A DNA stretch of 64,000 bases from an uncultured Alphaproteobacteria bacterium. GTDB taxonomy: Bacteria; Pseudomonadota; Alphaproteobacteria; RF32; CAG-239. The notes beneath the pieces were generated by a model. It saw nothing but the letters and a program-made list of their open reading frames with translations, had not been told where the DNA came from and ran no database searches. The stretch lies in the NCBI GenBank assembly GCA_944393215.1, contig CALXZL010000002.1:71239-135238 (forward strand), written 5' to 3'. This document shows positions 1 through 9,909 of this stretch, one piece after another (position 1 is the first letter of the stretch; each line of letters opens with the position of its first letter). Position numbers and translations under genes: made by a program.

Positions 1-74
1 GCTCGTTTTGAACAATCGTTTACTTCATAAATTTCTCTTTTGGCAATTTTTTGAGCCAGAATAATTGTTTCCAT
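1..74 (-). CDS. 5' end of a possible gene running off the left edge (METIILAQKIAKREIYEVNDCSKR...)
   Basis: ATG at 74 on the minus strand, open to the window edge; too short to identify. Confidence 0.35.
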   Translation of the reverse strand, partial: METIILAQKIAKREIYEVNDCSKR

Positions 75-146
75 ATATATAAATTTTAATAATTAATAAA
101 GTTAGACAAAATATATCAAAAAAAAGGTAAAAAGCAAGATTTAAAT

Positions 147-185
147 AAAAAAAAAAGACTTTTTTTATCAAAAAGTCTTTTTTTT
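147..185 (-). terminator. Intrinsic terminator (bidirectional form) after the alpha/beta hydrolase
   Basis: A-run AAAGACTTTTT / AAAAAGTCTTT T-run inverted repeat. Confidence 0.7.
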
Positions 186-201
186 GAAAAGGAGAAAAAG
201 A

Positions 202-966
202 TTATAAATCATCATCCATGTCAAGATCCTCATTTTCGGAAGAAGAATCATCGGTGAGCATCAGCGGCTCTTCATCTTGCATCTCAATTTTTTTACGACG
301 ACCGCGACGCTTTTTCTGAGGAGCCTTTTTCTTCACGGCTTCAATAATATAATTTCCGGAGATTTTGAACAAGTCGACCAAATGATTATTATACATATGA
401 TCAGCTTCTTCCAGCAAAGCAAAATCTACTTGAACATTGCGTTGTGTATTTAAGCGTTTTGCCAAAGTCGCCACACTTTGAGGAACAACAATTTCATCAG
501 CCCCGCCCTGCACAATCAAACCGGATGTGGGACAAGGAGCCAAAAAAGAAAAGTCTTTTTCATTAGCCGGAGGAGAAACGGCAATAAAATTATTGATATC
601 GGGACGACGCATCAAAAGTTGCAATCCGATCCAAGCTCCGAACGAATATCCGGCGATCCAACATTGACGAGCTTCCGGATTAACCGATTGCAACCAATCA
701 AGAGCCACGGTAGCATCAGAAAGCTCTCCGGGACCATCTTCAAATTCGCCTTGGGAACGTCCGACACTTCTAAAATTAAAACGCAAAACGGAAAAACCCA
801 ATTTTTCAAAACAGCTGAATAAAGTATAAACCACCTTATTATTCATTGTTCCGCCGTATTGAGGGTGCGGATGCAAAATCAAAGCAATGGGAGCACCTGG
901 CTTATCGCTTTGATGATAACGGCCTTCCAATCTACCAGCCAAACCGTTAAAAAGTACTTCAGTCAT
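202..966 (-). CDS. Alpha/beta hydrolase (conserved alphaproteobacterial family found next to cysE/isc genes)
   Basis: HPHPQYGGTMNN, RFNFRSVGRSQG and GYSFG nucleophile motifs; basic then acidic C-terminal tail. Confidence 0.9.
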   Translation of the reverse strand: MTEVLFNGLAGRLEGRYHQSDKPGAPIALILHPHPQYGGTMNNKVVYTLFSCFEKLGFSVLRFNFRSVGRSQGEFEDGPGELSDATVALDWLQSVNPEARQCWIAGYSFGAWIGLQLLMRRPDINNFIAVSPPANEKDFSFLAPCPTSGLIVQGGADEIVVPQSVATLAKRLNTQRNVQVDFALLEEADHMYNNHLVDLFKISGNYIIEAVKKKAPQKKRRGRRKKIEMQDEEPLMLTDDSSSENEDLDMDDDL

Positions 967-1061
967 ATAAATTCTCTTCTTAACTTAAAATTTAACACTT
1001 TATCATATATATACCCATAAAGATATATAAATTATTAATTTTTTGAGGAATTTAGCACAAA

Positions 1062-1739
1062 ATGATTGAAAAATACAAGTTAATTTTAAAAGACATAGAT
1101 GCGGTAATAGCAAGAGATCCGGCAACGAGCAACCGAACTGTAGCGATTCTGTGCTCTTCCGGACTACATGCGATATTATTTTATCGCATTAATCACTATT
1201 TATGGAAGAAAAATTTCAAGCTCACGGCACGAATATTTTCACAATTTGCCCGATTTTTGACTGGAATCGAAATTCATCCCGGAGCCAAAATCGGCGAAGG
1301 ATTTTTCATCGACCACGGCATGGGGGTTGTGATAGGAGAAACGGCAGAAATCGGCAACAACGTCACCATGTATCATGACGTCACATTGGGAGGCACAACC
1401 GTTTTTAATGAAAAAGGCAAAGTGATGACCAAGCGTCACCCGACCATAGGCAATAATGTAATCATCGGCTCCGGAGCACAAATTTTAGGTCCGATTACCA
1501 TTGGCAACAATGTCAAAGTCGGTTCCAATGCCGTAGTTTTAAAAGACGTTTCCGCCAACATGACTGTTGTTGGTGTTCCCGCGCATCATAGCCAACAAAA
1601 CAAAGATGAGAAAAAACGCTTTGAAGCATATGGTGTTACGGCAGAAATAAAAGATCCGGTATCGGAAAAAATAGAAAAGTTAAACGAAGAAATTATCAAA
1701 TTGCAAAAAGAAATAAACGAACTCAAAAAAAATGTCTGA
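1062..1739 (+). CDS. cysE: Serine O-acetyltransferase
   Basis: [40 protein letters not shown] hexapeptide-repeat motifs. Confidence 0.95.
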   Translation: MIEKYKLILKDIDAVIARDPATSNRTVAILCSSGLHAILFYRINHYLWKKNFKLTARIFSQFARFLTGIEIHPGAKIGEGFFIDHGMGVVIGETAEIGNNVTMYHDVTLGGTTVFNEKGKVMTKRHPTIGNNVIIGSGAQILGPITIGNNVKVGSNAVVLKDVSANMTVVGVPAHHSQQNKDEKKRFEAYGVTAEIKDPVSEKIEKLNEEIIKLQKEINELKKNV

Positions 1740-2829
1740 AAATTTATTAAAAATAAATAAGCCGGCATCAAACACCAAAGTTTGCGTTGCCATGTCAGGA
1801 GGCGTTGATAGTTCTGCCGCCGCCATTTTGTTGCAACAGCAAGGGTATGAAGTATTCGGACTAACCATGGATTTGTTGCAACCGCCTTATGCGCCGACAC
1901 AATCATCAATTCAAGATGCCGGAAAAGTTGCCGAACATTTAGGGATTGAGCATCATTTCATTGATTATAAAAATGCGTTTTATGAGCAGGTTATACGCTA
2001 TTTTACCAATGCTTACAAAACAGGCTTAACCCCTTCTCCGTGCATTATGTGCAATCGGCACATCAAACTTGGATTATTGGCAGACAAAGCTCGAGAATAT
2101 GGTGCAGATATTCTGGTAACCGGACATTATGCCGACATAAGAGCAACACCAAACGGGGTTGAGTTGCATAAGGGAACTGATCTAAAGAAAGATCAAAGTT
2201 ATTTTTTATTTGATATTGAAAAACGCAATTTAGAAATGTTGCGTTGCCCTTTGGCAAATTTTACCAAAGAACAAACCCGCGAACTGGTAGAAAAAGCCGG
2301 TTTAGAAATATATAAAAAATCCGACAGTCAGGACATTTGTTTTGTCAGTAACGGCAAATATGCTGATTTAATCAAAAATCTCGAACCTGATTTTAAAAAT
2401 GAATCAGGAGATATTGTTACCACCGACGGCAAAGTCATCGGTACCCATAAAGGATTGATAAATTATACGGTTGGACAAAGACGCGGGCTTGGTATCGGCG
2501 GCGATATCGGAATTTTATATGTACTGAAACTGGATGTAAAAAATAATCGCCTGATTGTCGGACATGAAGATGAGTTAAAACAAAAGAAGGTCTTAATCAA
2601 AGAAGTTAATTGGCTGGATGAAACTCCGCCGCAAAACGGAGAATATACGGTCAAACTTCGCTCCCGACAAAAAGAAGTCCCGGCAGAAATTATATTTTTA
2701 GAAAACAATATGGCAAAAGTCAATTTGTTAAACGATTTTTGTGGAGTTGCTCCCGGACAAGGCTGTTGCATTTATAACGGAAGCAGAGTAATGGGCGGCG
2801 GATTTATTTGTAAAGAAGATGATATTTAA
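1732..2829 (+). CDS. mnmA: tRNA 2-thiouridine(34) synthase
   Basis: [11 protein letters not shown]-loop, [33 protein letters not shown]. Confidence 0.96.
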   Translation: MSENLLKINKPASNTKVCVAMSGGVDSSAAAILLQQQGYEVFGLTMDLLQPPYAPTQSSIQDAGKVAEHLGIEHHFIDYKNAFYEQVIRYFTNAYKTGLTPSPCIMCNRHIKLGLLADKAREYGADILVTGHYADIRATPNGVELHKGTDLKKDQSYFLFDIEKRNLEMLRCPLANFTKEQTRELVEKAGLEIYKKSDSQDICFVSNGKYADLIKNLEPDFKNESGDIVTTDGKVIGTHKGLINYTVGQRRGLGIGGDIGILYVLKLDVKNNRLIVGHEDELKQKKVLIKEVNWLDETPPQNGEYTVKLRSRQKEVPAEIIFLENNMAKVNLLNDFCGVAPGQGCCIYNGSRVMGGGFICKEDDI

Positions 2830-2895
2830 TCAAATTGTAACTATTCATCTGCTAAAAAATGAGGTATAGTAGAAGTATATGGCAGGAGAAGATTC

Positions 2896-3495
2896 ATGAA
2901 AAATTCTATCGGCATATCAGTCTTTATAGGTATTATATTCATGGCAGGCGCCGCCTCTGCGCAACTTCCGACCAACCCATGGGCGCCCAACCCCAACGAT
3001 GGTTATTTTGGGGATAATGTTGCTAATACCGATATTACCCATGCACCTGTTTATGACAATACGGAAAATGGCGGAGAAATTTTGCCGGTAGATCCTTGGG
3101 CAAGAGCCCGAGATAAGAGCGGAATCAAAACCTGGCGCGGTAGCGGTCAACACGGTAAATTAAATTATATTGGCGAAGCCACAACTTATACCGACGCTCA
3201 AGGACAAGAAATGATTGCCCCCGAAGTCAACCGCCACAATATGATTACCGCCTTGGAACATTTACGTAAAATGGGCTATAAAATTCCAGACAGCTACGAC
3301 GCCAAAATCAAAACCATGCCTCAAGATTATGCAAAAAAATTACGCATTGCCTATGATGAAGTCATGCAGGCAGATGTCAAAGATGATCCGCTGAGAGGTA
3401 TGACCAACGGCATCATAGAAGTTTTCGAACGCGGGACCGGATTAGATTTGGAAAATTTGATGTTTAATTCATTGGATATTTTAGGCACTGACTAA
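2896..3495 (+). CDS. Hypothetical secreted protein
   Basis: AGGAGA RBS; signal peptide ending AASA; repeated LPxxPWA motif. Confidence 0.75.
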   Translation: MKNSIGISVFIGIIFMAGAASAQLPTNPWAPNPNDGYFGDNVANTDITHAPVYDNTENGGEILPVDPWARARDKSGIKTWRGSGQHGKLNYIGEATTYTDAQGQEMIAPEVNRHNMITALEHLRKMGYKIPDSYDAKIKTMPQDYAKKLRIAYDEVMQADVKDDPLRGMTNGIIEVFERGTGLDLENLMFNSLDILGTD

Positions 3496-3514
3496 GTACA
3501 AAAGGAGAAAATCA

Positions 3515-3913
3515 ATGTTAAAACAGCTGACAATTTTAAGTACGGCAATCTTACTGAGCACAGCAACCTTTTGCATGGCAGCCGAAACTCCTGATGTTGA
3601 AGAGGAACAACTCTCAAGCGAAATGAAAAGCAAAGAAACCATGATTGAGACCAAAGGCAAGGTTTTAAGTGATATTAACAAGCAAATATACAATAAGTCT
3701 AATGACGCCTTGATGAGAGAATATGTCAGAAACAGCAATGCCATGAAAAAGATTATGGGCAAAGAAACTAAAGAGATTGATACAAAAAATAAAAAAGCCT
3801 TAAGTGAATATATGCAAGATGACATTGGTTTGCAAAAAGAAATCATCAAAGTAGATATTCCAGACAGAGATAAAGCTAAAACTCGTCCGAGTACGGCAGA
3901 TTTATTGAAATAA
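3515..3913 (+). CDS. Hypothetical secreted protein
   Basis: AGGAGA RBS; N-terminal signal peptide; charged helical body. Confidence 0.7.
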   Translation: MLKQLTILSTAILLSTATFCMAAETPDVEEEQLSSEMKSKETMIETKGKVLSDINKQIYNKSNDALMREYVRNSNAMKKIMGKETKEIDTKNKKALSEYMQDDIGLQKEIIKVDIPDRDKAKTRPSTADLLK

Positions 3914-3935
3914 TTCAGAAAGAATAAAAGACAAA

Positions 3936-4661
3936 ATGCTCAATTACCCCGTAATAATATTAGTAGGTCCGCAATTAGCGGAAAATGTTGGTATGTCTGC
4001 CAGAGCCATGATGAACTGCGGATTGTATGAACTCAGATTAGTCAATCCGAGAGAAGATCATTTATCGGCAAAAGCTATATCCGCATCATCAAACGCAGAA
4101 GAAATTTTATATAATGCCAAAGTATATAAATCGACCAAAGAAGCTATGGCAGATTTAAACTATGTATATGCCGCCACGGCACGACACAGAGATCAGATAA
4201 AGCCCCTATATAATGCCGATACGGCGGCACAAGAAATGTCTGTATTTCTCCAAAACGGAAGCAAAATCGGCATACTGTTCGGTTGTGAAAGAACCGGACT
4301 GAATAATGCAGATGTTAGTTTATCTAATGCCATCATCAATATTCCGTTAAATCCGAAACACAGTTCTCTTAATTTATCTCAAGCAGTTTTAGTTATCGGA
4401 TACGAATTTTATAAAACCCAAATTAACAAACCGGAAGTACATCTGGAAACAAACGGTACGGAACTGGCAGAAAAAGAACGAGTAATTAAATTTTTGGAAT
4501 ATTTTGAAAATTTATTGGCAGATTGCGGCAATTATAAATTAGGCGAAAAAAGAGAAAAGATGCTCATCAATCTGCAAAACATTTTCACGCGCAATCAAAT
4601 GACGGAACAAGAGCTCAATACCTTATACGGTGCACTCAAATACATCAGCCGACAAAATTAA
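3936..4661 (+). CDS. trmJ: RNA methyltransferase, TrmJ/LasT (SPOUT) family
   Basis: PQLAENVGMSARAMMNCG, FGCERTGL and SSLNLSQAV motifs. Confidence 0.85.
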   Translation: MLNYPVIILVGPQLAENVGMSARAMMNCGLYELRLVNPREDHLSAKAISASSNAEEILYNAKVYKSTKEAMADLNYVYAATARHRDQIKPLYNADTAAQEMSVFLQNGSKIGILFGCERTGLNNADVSLSNAIINIPLNPKHSSLNLSQAVLVIGYEFYKTQINKPEVHLETNGTELAEKERVIKFLEYFENLLADCGNYKLGEKREKMLINLQNIFTRNQMTEQELNTLYGALKYISRQN

Positions 4662-4723
4662 GATAAATTTTAGGATTATTGATTATTCTGAATAAGAATT
4701 TTAATTTTATTCGGGAGAAAATA

Positions 4724-6073
4724 ATGCCTGTTGAAAACGTATCCCATGTCACTACAGCCATTTTCGGCTTAAATCCGATGATACTGTCCAGTACCATATT
4801 AATCATCAGCTACATCATATTATTCACGGAAAAACTAAATCGAGCTGTTGTTGCATTAATTGGCGCCAGCGTAATGATTTTTGCCGGAATATTAACTCAG
4901 GAAACAGCATTAAAAGGCATTGATTTTAACACATTGGCATTGTTGATTGGAATGATGACGATAGTCGGGATTTCGGAAAAATCCGGCATGTTTCAATATG
5001 TGGCTATCTGGTCAGCCAAAAAAGTACGAGCCAATCCGAGAGGAATTTTAATCGTTTTAAGTTTGGTCACCGCCGTATTTTCTGCTTTTTTAGATAATGT
5101 CACCACGGTTTTGTTAATTGTACCGGTCACATTTCAAATCACCCGAAAATTACAAATTAACCCCTACCCTTATTTAATTGCCGAAATTTTCGCCTCGAAC
5201 ATTGGCGGTACCGCAACTTTAATCGGAGATCCACCGAACATTTTGATTGGTTCGGCAATTAACTTATCATTCACCGACTTTTTATTTGAACTGACACCTA
5301 TTGTAGCATTTACAATGTTGGTACAGATTCTTATTTTTGACTTTATCTGGGGCAAAAGAATTGTTACCACGGATGAACACAAAAAATTGGTAATGAGCAT
5401 CAATGAAGTAGATAGCATTACTGATTGGAAATTGCTCAAAAAATCTTTATTTGTACTCACCGCCGTCATAATTGGTTTTATATTAGCCGAACACATACAC
5501 ATTGCCAACGGTACGATTGCCATGTTTGGAGCCGCCGTTTTGCTCTTACTCTATACTTTAGGAGAAGACCATAGTGAGAGAGAAAGAAAAGTTGAAGAAG
5601 CTTTAGGATTGGTAGACTGGACCACCATCTTTTTCTTTGCCGGTTTATTTGCCATAGTTTATGGTTTGGAAGAATCCGGTGTGCTGGAACTAATGGGACA
5701 AAAGTTTGTTGAAATGACCGAAGGCAGCATTGAAAAAGCCGCCATGTTGGTTATCTGGGTTTCGGCTTTTGTTTCAACCGCCATTGATAATATCCCCTTT
5801 GTAGCAACCATGATTCCGATGATTAAATCTATGGAAGAATCAATGGGCGGACGCGAAGCCATGATGCCGGTTTGGTGGGCATTATCATTAGGAGCTTGTT
5901 TTGGCGGTAACGGTTCCTTGATTGCAGCCTCTGCCAACGTTATTGTTGCCGGTATGGCTCAACGTGAAGGACACCCGATAAGCTTTTTGAAGTTTTTGAT
6001 CTGGTCTATTCCGACCATGCTGATATCCACCGGCATTGCCGCGATGTATCTGCATCTTAGACATTTCATGTAA
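4724..6073 (+). CDS. ArsB/NhaD-family (IT superfamily) membrane transporter, paralog 1
   Basis: SAFLDNVTTVLL, SNIGGTATLIGDPPNILI, IDNIPFVATMIP, GACFGGNG; start moved to ATG 4724 after GGGAGA. Confidence 0.9.
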   Translation: MPVENVSHVTTAIFGLNPMILSSTILIISYIILFTEKLNRAVVALIGASVMIFAGILTQETALKGIDFNTLALLIGMMTIVGISEKSGMFQYVAIWSAKKVRANPRGILIVLSLVTAVFSAFLDNVTTVLLIVPVTFQITRKLQINPYPYLIAEIFASNIGGTATLIGDPPNILIGSAINLSFTDFLFELTPIVAFTMLVQILIFDFIWGKRIVTTDEHKKLVMSINEVDSITDWKLLKKSLFVLTAVIIGFILAEHIHIANGTIAMFGAAVLLLLYTLGEDHSERERKVEEALGLVDWTTIFFFAGLFAIVYGLEESGVLELMGQKFVEMTEGSIEKAAMLVIWVSAFVSTAIDNIPFVATMIPMIKSMEESMGGREAMMPVWWALSLGACFGGNGSLIAASANVIVAGMAQREGHPISFLKFLIWSIPTMLISTGIAAMYLHLRHFM

Positions 6074-6089
6074 ACAAAATTATCACAAT

Positions 6090-6122
6090 AAAAAGAGGTT
6101 CAAAAAAATGGACCTCTTTTTT
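6090..6122 (+). terminator. Intrinsic terminator
   Basis: AAAAGAGGTTC...GGACCTCTTTTTT. Confidence 0.75.
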
Positions 6123-6208
6123 ATTATAAAAAATTAAGATTATATTAGCTTTATCGGCATATAAAATAAGAGTGAAAGAAAGATTCTAATAAATAAGGAA
6201 AGAAAAAA

Positions 6209-7552
6209 ATGTCTGATGTATCCGCAGTACCTGAATTGGTTTGGGGGTTAGATGCAAAAGTCGTGGCAATAGCCATTGTTGTTATCTCATATGTGATTCT
6301 GTTTACGGAAAAAGTAAATAGAGCCATTGTTGCCTTATTAGGCGCAACAATAATGATTTTTGCCGGAATTTTAACCCAACAAACCGCATTAAAAGGAATT
6401 GATTTTAACACATTGGCTTTACTTATCGGTATGATGTCTATTGTCAGCATTTCCGAAAAATCGGGAATGTTCCAATACGTTGCCGTATGGTCAGCCAAAA
6501 AAGTTCGAGCCAACCCACGAGGTTTGTTAGTTGTTTTGGCTTTAGTCACAGCCTTTTTCTCCGCATTTTTAGACAATGTAACAACGGTTTTGCTTGTTGC
6601 ACCGGTTACATTTCAAATTACGAGAAAACTCAACATTAATCCCTACCCTTATCTGGTTTTGGAAATTTTTGCTGCCAACATCGGTGGTACGGCAACCTTG
6701 ATTGGAGATCCTCCAAACATATTAATCGGCTCATCTTTAGGTTTATCGTTTACCGACTTTTTGTTTGAGTTAACTCCGATAGTCATTGTAACTATGTTGG
6801 TTTTAGCTTTAGGGTTTGATCTCATCTGGGGCAGAAGATTGGTTACAACGGAAGCCAATAAAGAAACCGTTATGAGCATCAATGAAAAAGATTGCATTAC
6901 AGACAAAAGCTTATTGCACAAATCTTTATTCGTTCTGTTCTGTGTTATTGCCGGTTTTATAAGTGCAGAACATTTGCATATAGCCAACGGAACAATAGCC
7001 ATTGCCGGAGCGGCTGTTTTATTGCTGCTTTATACCATTGGAGAAAGCCACGAAGAAAGAGAACAAAAGGTTGAAAATATATTAGGTTCGGTAGACTGGA
7101 CCACCATCTTTTTCTTCTCCGGTTTATTTGTTATCGTTTATGGTTTGGAAGTAACCGGCGTTTTAGCTATGATGGGAGAAAAATTCGTTGAGATGACCGA
7201 GGGCAGCATTGAAAAAGCAACTTTCTTAATTTTATGGTCTTCAGCCATTATCTCAAGTGCCATAGATAATATTCCGTTTGTAGCCACCATGATTCCGATG
7301 ATTAAATCGATGGAAGAATCGATGGGCGGACGCGAAGCCATGATGCCTGTCTGGTGGGCATTATCATTAGGAGCCTGCTTTGGCGGTAACGGTACCTTGA
7401 TCGGTGCTTCAGCCAACGTCATTGTTGCCGGTATGGCACAACGCGAAGGACACCCGATTAGTTTTATCGGCTTTTTACTCTGGTCTATTCCGACCATGTT
7501 GATAAGCGTGTTTATTGCTTCCATATTCTTGGAAATTCAATATTTCATGTAA
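6209..7552 (+). CDS. ArsB/NhaD-family membrane transporter, paralog 2
   Basis: Same motifs and long identical peptide stretches shared with paralog 1. Confidence 0.9.
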   Translation: MSDVSAVPELVWGLDAKVVAIAIVVISYVILFTEKVNRAIVALLGATIMIFAGILTQQTALKGIDFNTLALLIGMMSIVSISEKSGMFQYVAVWSAKKVRANPRGLLVVLALVTAFFSAFLDNVTTVLLVAPVTFQITRKLNINPYPYLVLEIFAANIGGTATLIGDPPNILIGSSLGLSFTDFLFELTPIVIVTMLVLALGFDLIWGRRLVTTEANKETVMSINEKDCITDKSLLHKSLFVLFCVIAGFISAEHLHIANGTIAIAGAAVLLLLYTIGESHEEREQKVENILGSVDWTTIFFFSGLFVIVYGLEVTGVLAMMGEKFVEMTEGSIEKATFLILWSSAIISSAIDNIPFVATMIPMIKSMEESMGGREAMMPVWWALSLGACFGGNGTLIGASANVIVAGMAQREGHPISFIGFLLWSIPTMLISVFIASIFLEIQYFM

Positions 7553-7564
7553 TCGGTTGCAATC

Positions 7565-7600
7565 AAAAAAAAAAGAGGTTCATTAGAACCTCTTTTTTTT
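7565..7600 (+). terminator. Intrinsic terminator
   Basis: AAAAAGAGGTTC atta GAACCTCTTTTTTT. Confidence 0.8.
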
Positions 7601-7667
7601 ATTTAACATTTTTTAAGTTTTATGATATATTGATAAGAGTGATAAACGAATTTAAGGAGATAAAGAC

Positions 7668-7844
7668 ATGTCATCACTGGGAGCTTTGAGCAATTATGTT
7701 CTGTCCATGCAACAAATGCAAATGTCTTTAATCAAGACCAATATGGAAATGCAACAACAGGTTACGGAGTTGTTAGCCGAAGCCACGGAACAAATGGCAG
7801 CCAATATGGCATCATCTGACCATATATTAGATATTTTGGTTTAG
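7668..7844 (+). CDS. 58-aa small protein resembling the YjfB (putative motility) family; not in the ORF track
   Basis: AAGGAGA RBS; MSSLGALSNYVLSMQQMQMSLIKTNMEMQQQVTELLAEATEQMAANMASSDHILDILV; Met/Gln-rich helix ending in LDIxV. Confidence 0.65.
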   Translation: MSSLGALSNYVLSMQQMQMSLIKTNMEMQQQVTELLAEATEQMAANMASSDHILDILV

Positions 7845-8161
7845 AAGGCAAACAGCATTAACACAAAAACAATGCTTAAAGCACAAGAAATTACAAACTT
7901 CACCAAAGATAAAAGAATATTTAAAGCCATACGAAAATAATCAAGCGTATAGCCGTCATCTTTATATACTTTTTTCAAAAGATAATGATATAAAAAAGCA
8001 ATGAGCAAAACCAACAAATAGAAGCTGTTTTGCTTAAAAAGCGTTTCCATAACTTCTTTATGAGGGGTAAGAGCGGTAAAGAATCCTAAAATGATACCAC
8101 TAAGAACAAACGGATCAAAAATAATACCGGTTTTAAATAGAGCCAAAATACCTTTAATCAT
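7841..8161 (-). CDS. Hypothetical membrane protein (about 3 TM segments)
   Basis: Three hydrophobic segments; operonic with upstream ORFs. Confidence 0.7.
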   Translation of the reverse strand: MIKGILALFKTGIIFDPFVLSGIILGFFTALTPHKEVMETLFKQNSFYLLVLLIAFLYHYLLKKVYKDDGYTLDYFRMALNILLSLVKFVISCALSIVFVLMLFAF

Positions 8162-8167
8162 AATAGA

Positions 8168-8386
8168 TTAAGCCTTAACGGTCAATCTCCGGCTAAAGAA
8201 TCCCGTATCGTTAGTCAAAATAGATCCGGGCCAAACACAACGGGTTGTAGAAGTTTTATAACTCGGTGTTTGATTTTTTCTCAGCGTATAAGCCACCAAA
8301 ACATGATTACCGCGAGGCATCTGACGAACAGAAGGCTTTAAATTTCTCTGCCAATCCAAATTGGCATTATCTTTATCATAAGCCAT
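8168..8386 (-). CDS. Hypothetical 72-aa protein
   Basis: GGGAG RBS upstream; fills the gap downstream of glmM. Confidence 0.6.
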   Translation of the reverse strand: MAYDKDNANLDWQRNLKPSVRQMPRGNHVLVAYTLRKNQTPSYKTSTTRCVWPGSILTNDTGFFSRRLTVKA

Positions 8387-8451
8387 AAGAGAAAACTCCC
8401 ATAATATTCACATTACAAGTTGGATTATACGCCAAGAAAGTAAACAAAAGC

Positions 8452-9801
8452 TTAAGCAACGTTATCTTGTTGAAGTTTGGTAAAAGCATTAACCAAAGTA
8501 GTGTGAATAGCTTTAACTTTTTCGGCATTTTTACCACTCACCCAAACACGAACGAGCGGCTCGGTTCCGGACGGATGAATAACCACTCTGCCCTCATCAC
8601 CGAGAATATGTTTTTGTTCCTCGATAAGATTTAAGATTTCGGGGAGTTTGACCACTTCTTTGACTTGCTCGCGAGAGTTAAAACGCAAGCTCACAAACTC
8701 AAACGGATCCATGGTAAAAATCGGAAAAATTTCGCTCATTTTTTTGTTTGCTTTTAAGAGATATTGGCAGATAAGCAAAGAAACAATGAGCGCATCACCC
8801 GATTTGCAATAATCATAAGCCACCACATGGCCGGACTCCTCGCCGCCGACGGCACCGTTAATTTCCTTCATTTTGGCAACGACATGACGTTCCCCGACCG
8901 GCGTGCTGTAATAAGGGAGTTTGAGTTCTTCTTTAACAAAGCGTTCCAAGCCTGTGTTGGAAAGCACGGTCGAAACCACGGCGCGACCGTTCAATTGCAT
9001 ATTTTGCGCAAGGAAGGCGATAATTTGCTCGGAAGCCACTTTTTCGCCTTTATCATTACAAACAATGATTCTGTCTCCGTCACCATCAACGGCAATACCT
9101 AAATCAGCTTTAACTTCTTTGACTTTTTGCATCATATTTTGCGGATACATTGAACCACAATCTTTGTTGATATTCAATCCATTAGGAGAACAAGCTAAAG
9201 TAATTGTTTCAGCACCGAGCTCTTGATAAACCGCAGGCATAATTTGAGAAAACACCCCATTGGCGCAATCTAAAACAATCTTCAAACCTTTGAGGGAGAA
9301 ACCTGCCTTCATGGTAGATTTGGCAATTTTAACATATTCATCAATAGCTTTGTGGTCATCTTTAATTTTGCCCAAGGCATCTTCGTCATAAGAAAAGTTG
9401 TTGGCTTCAATTTTAGCTTCAAGTTCTGCGGTAACCGTATCGGCAAACTTTTCACCGTCTGCGGCAATCAGTTTGATACCGTTGTCTTTATATGGGTTAT
9501 GAGAAGCGGTAATCATCACCGACATATCCACATCAAGCATGGGCGTAACGGTGGTAACAGCCGGCGTCGGGAGAACGCCCAAGCGGATGACATCAATTCC
9601 TTTAGCGGTAAATCCGGCAGAAAGAGCAGCTTCGAGCATATCTCCGGAAACGCGGGTATCTTTGCCGATTGCCACACGTTTTTTGTTTTTGCAAACGGTT
9701 TCGGCACAAGCCAAAGCCAGTTTCATGGCAAAATCTGCCGTCATCGGATAAACATTAGCCACACCGCGCACACCGTCGGTTCCGAATAATTTATTTCCCA
9801 T
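8452..9801 (-). CDS. glmM: Phosphoglucosamine mutase
   Basis: LFGTDGVRG, GKDTRVSG, ITASHNP, DGDGDR, SGTEP. Confidence 0.95.
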   Translation of the reverse strand: MGNKLFGTDGVRGVANVYPMTADFAMKLALACAETVCKNKKRVAIGKDTRVSGDMLEAALSAGFTAKGIDVIRLGVLPTPAVTTVTPMLDVDMSVMITASHNPYKDNGIKLIAADGEKFADTVTAELEAKIEANNFSYDEDALGKIKDDHKAIDEYVKIAKSTMKAGFSLKGLKIVLDCANGVFSQIMPAVYQELGAETITLACSPNGLNINKDCGSMYPQNMMQKVKEVKADLGIAVDGDGDRIIVCNDKGEKVASEQIIAFLAQNMQLNGRAVVSTVLSNTGLERFVKEELKLPYYSTPVGERHVVAKMKEINGAVGGEESGHVVAYDYCKSGDALIVSLLICQYLLKANKKMSEIFPIFTMDPFEFVSLRFNSREQVKEVVKLPEILNLIEEQKHILGDEGRVVIHPSGTEPLVRVWVSGKNAEKVKAIHTTLVNAFTKLQQDNVA

Positions 9802-9838
9802 AATTTATCTCCCAAAGTTTTAACAATGGATTTAGTAT

Positions 9839-9884
9839 AAAAAAAATGTCGTGAAGGACAAGGACTTTTTTTCGCTTCACGACA
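9839..9884 (-). terminator. Hairpin/terminator after fmt
   Basis: TGTCGTGAAG (9847-9856) / CTTCACGACA (9875-9884); A-run gives a minus-strand U tract. Confidence 0.55.
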
Positions 9885-9909
9885 CACATATTTTTGCAAA
9901 TTGTTGCAA

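Noticed and set aside
147-185. Poly-A/T runs as phase-variation tracts
   Set aside because: They flank terminator stems throughout the window and are not in coding or promoter-spacer positions
980-2841. CtrA boxes (TTAA-N7-TTAA) near 980 and 2826
   Set aside because: Spacing or sequence is imperfect, and such matches are expected by chance in AT-rich DNA
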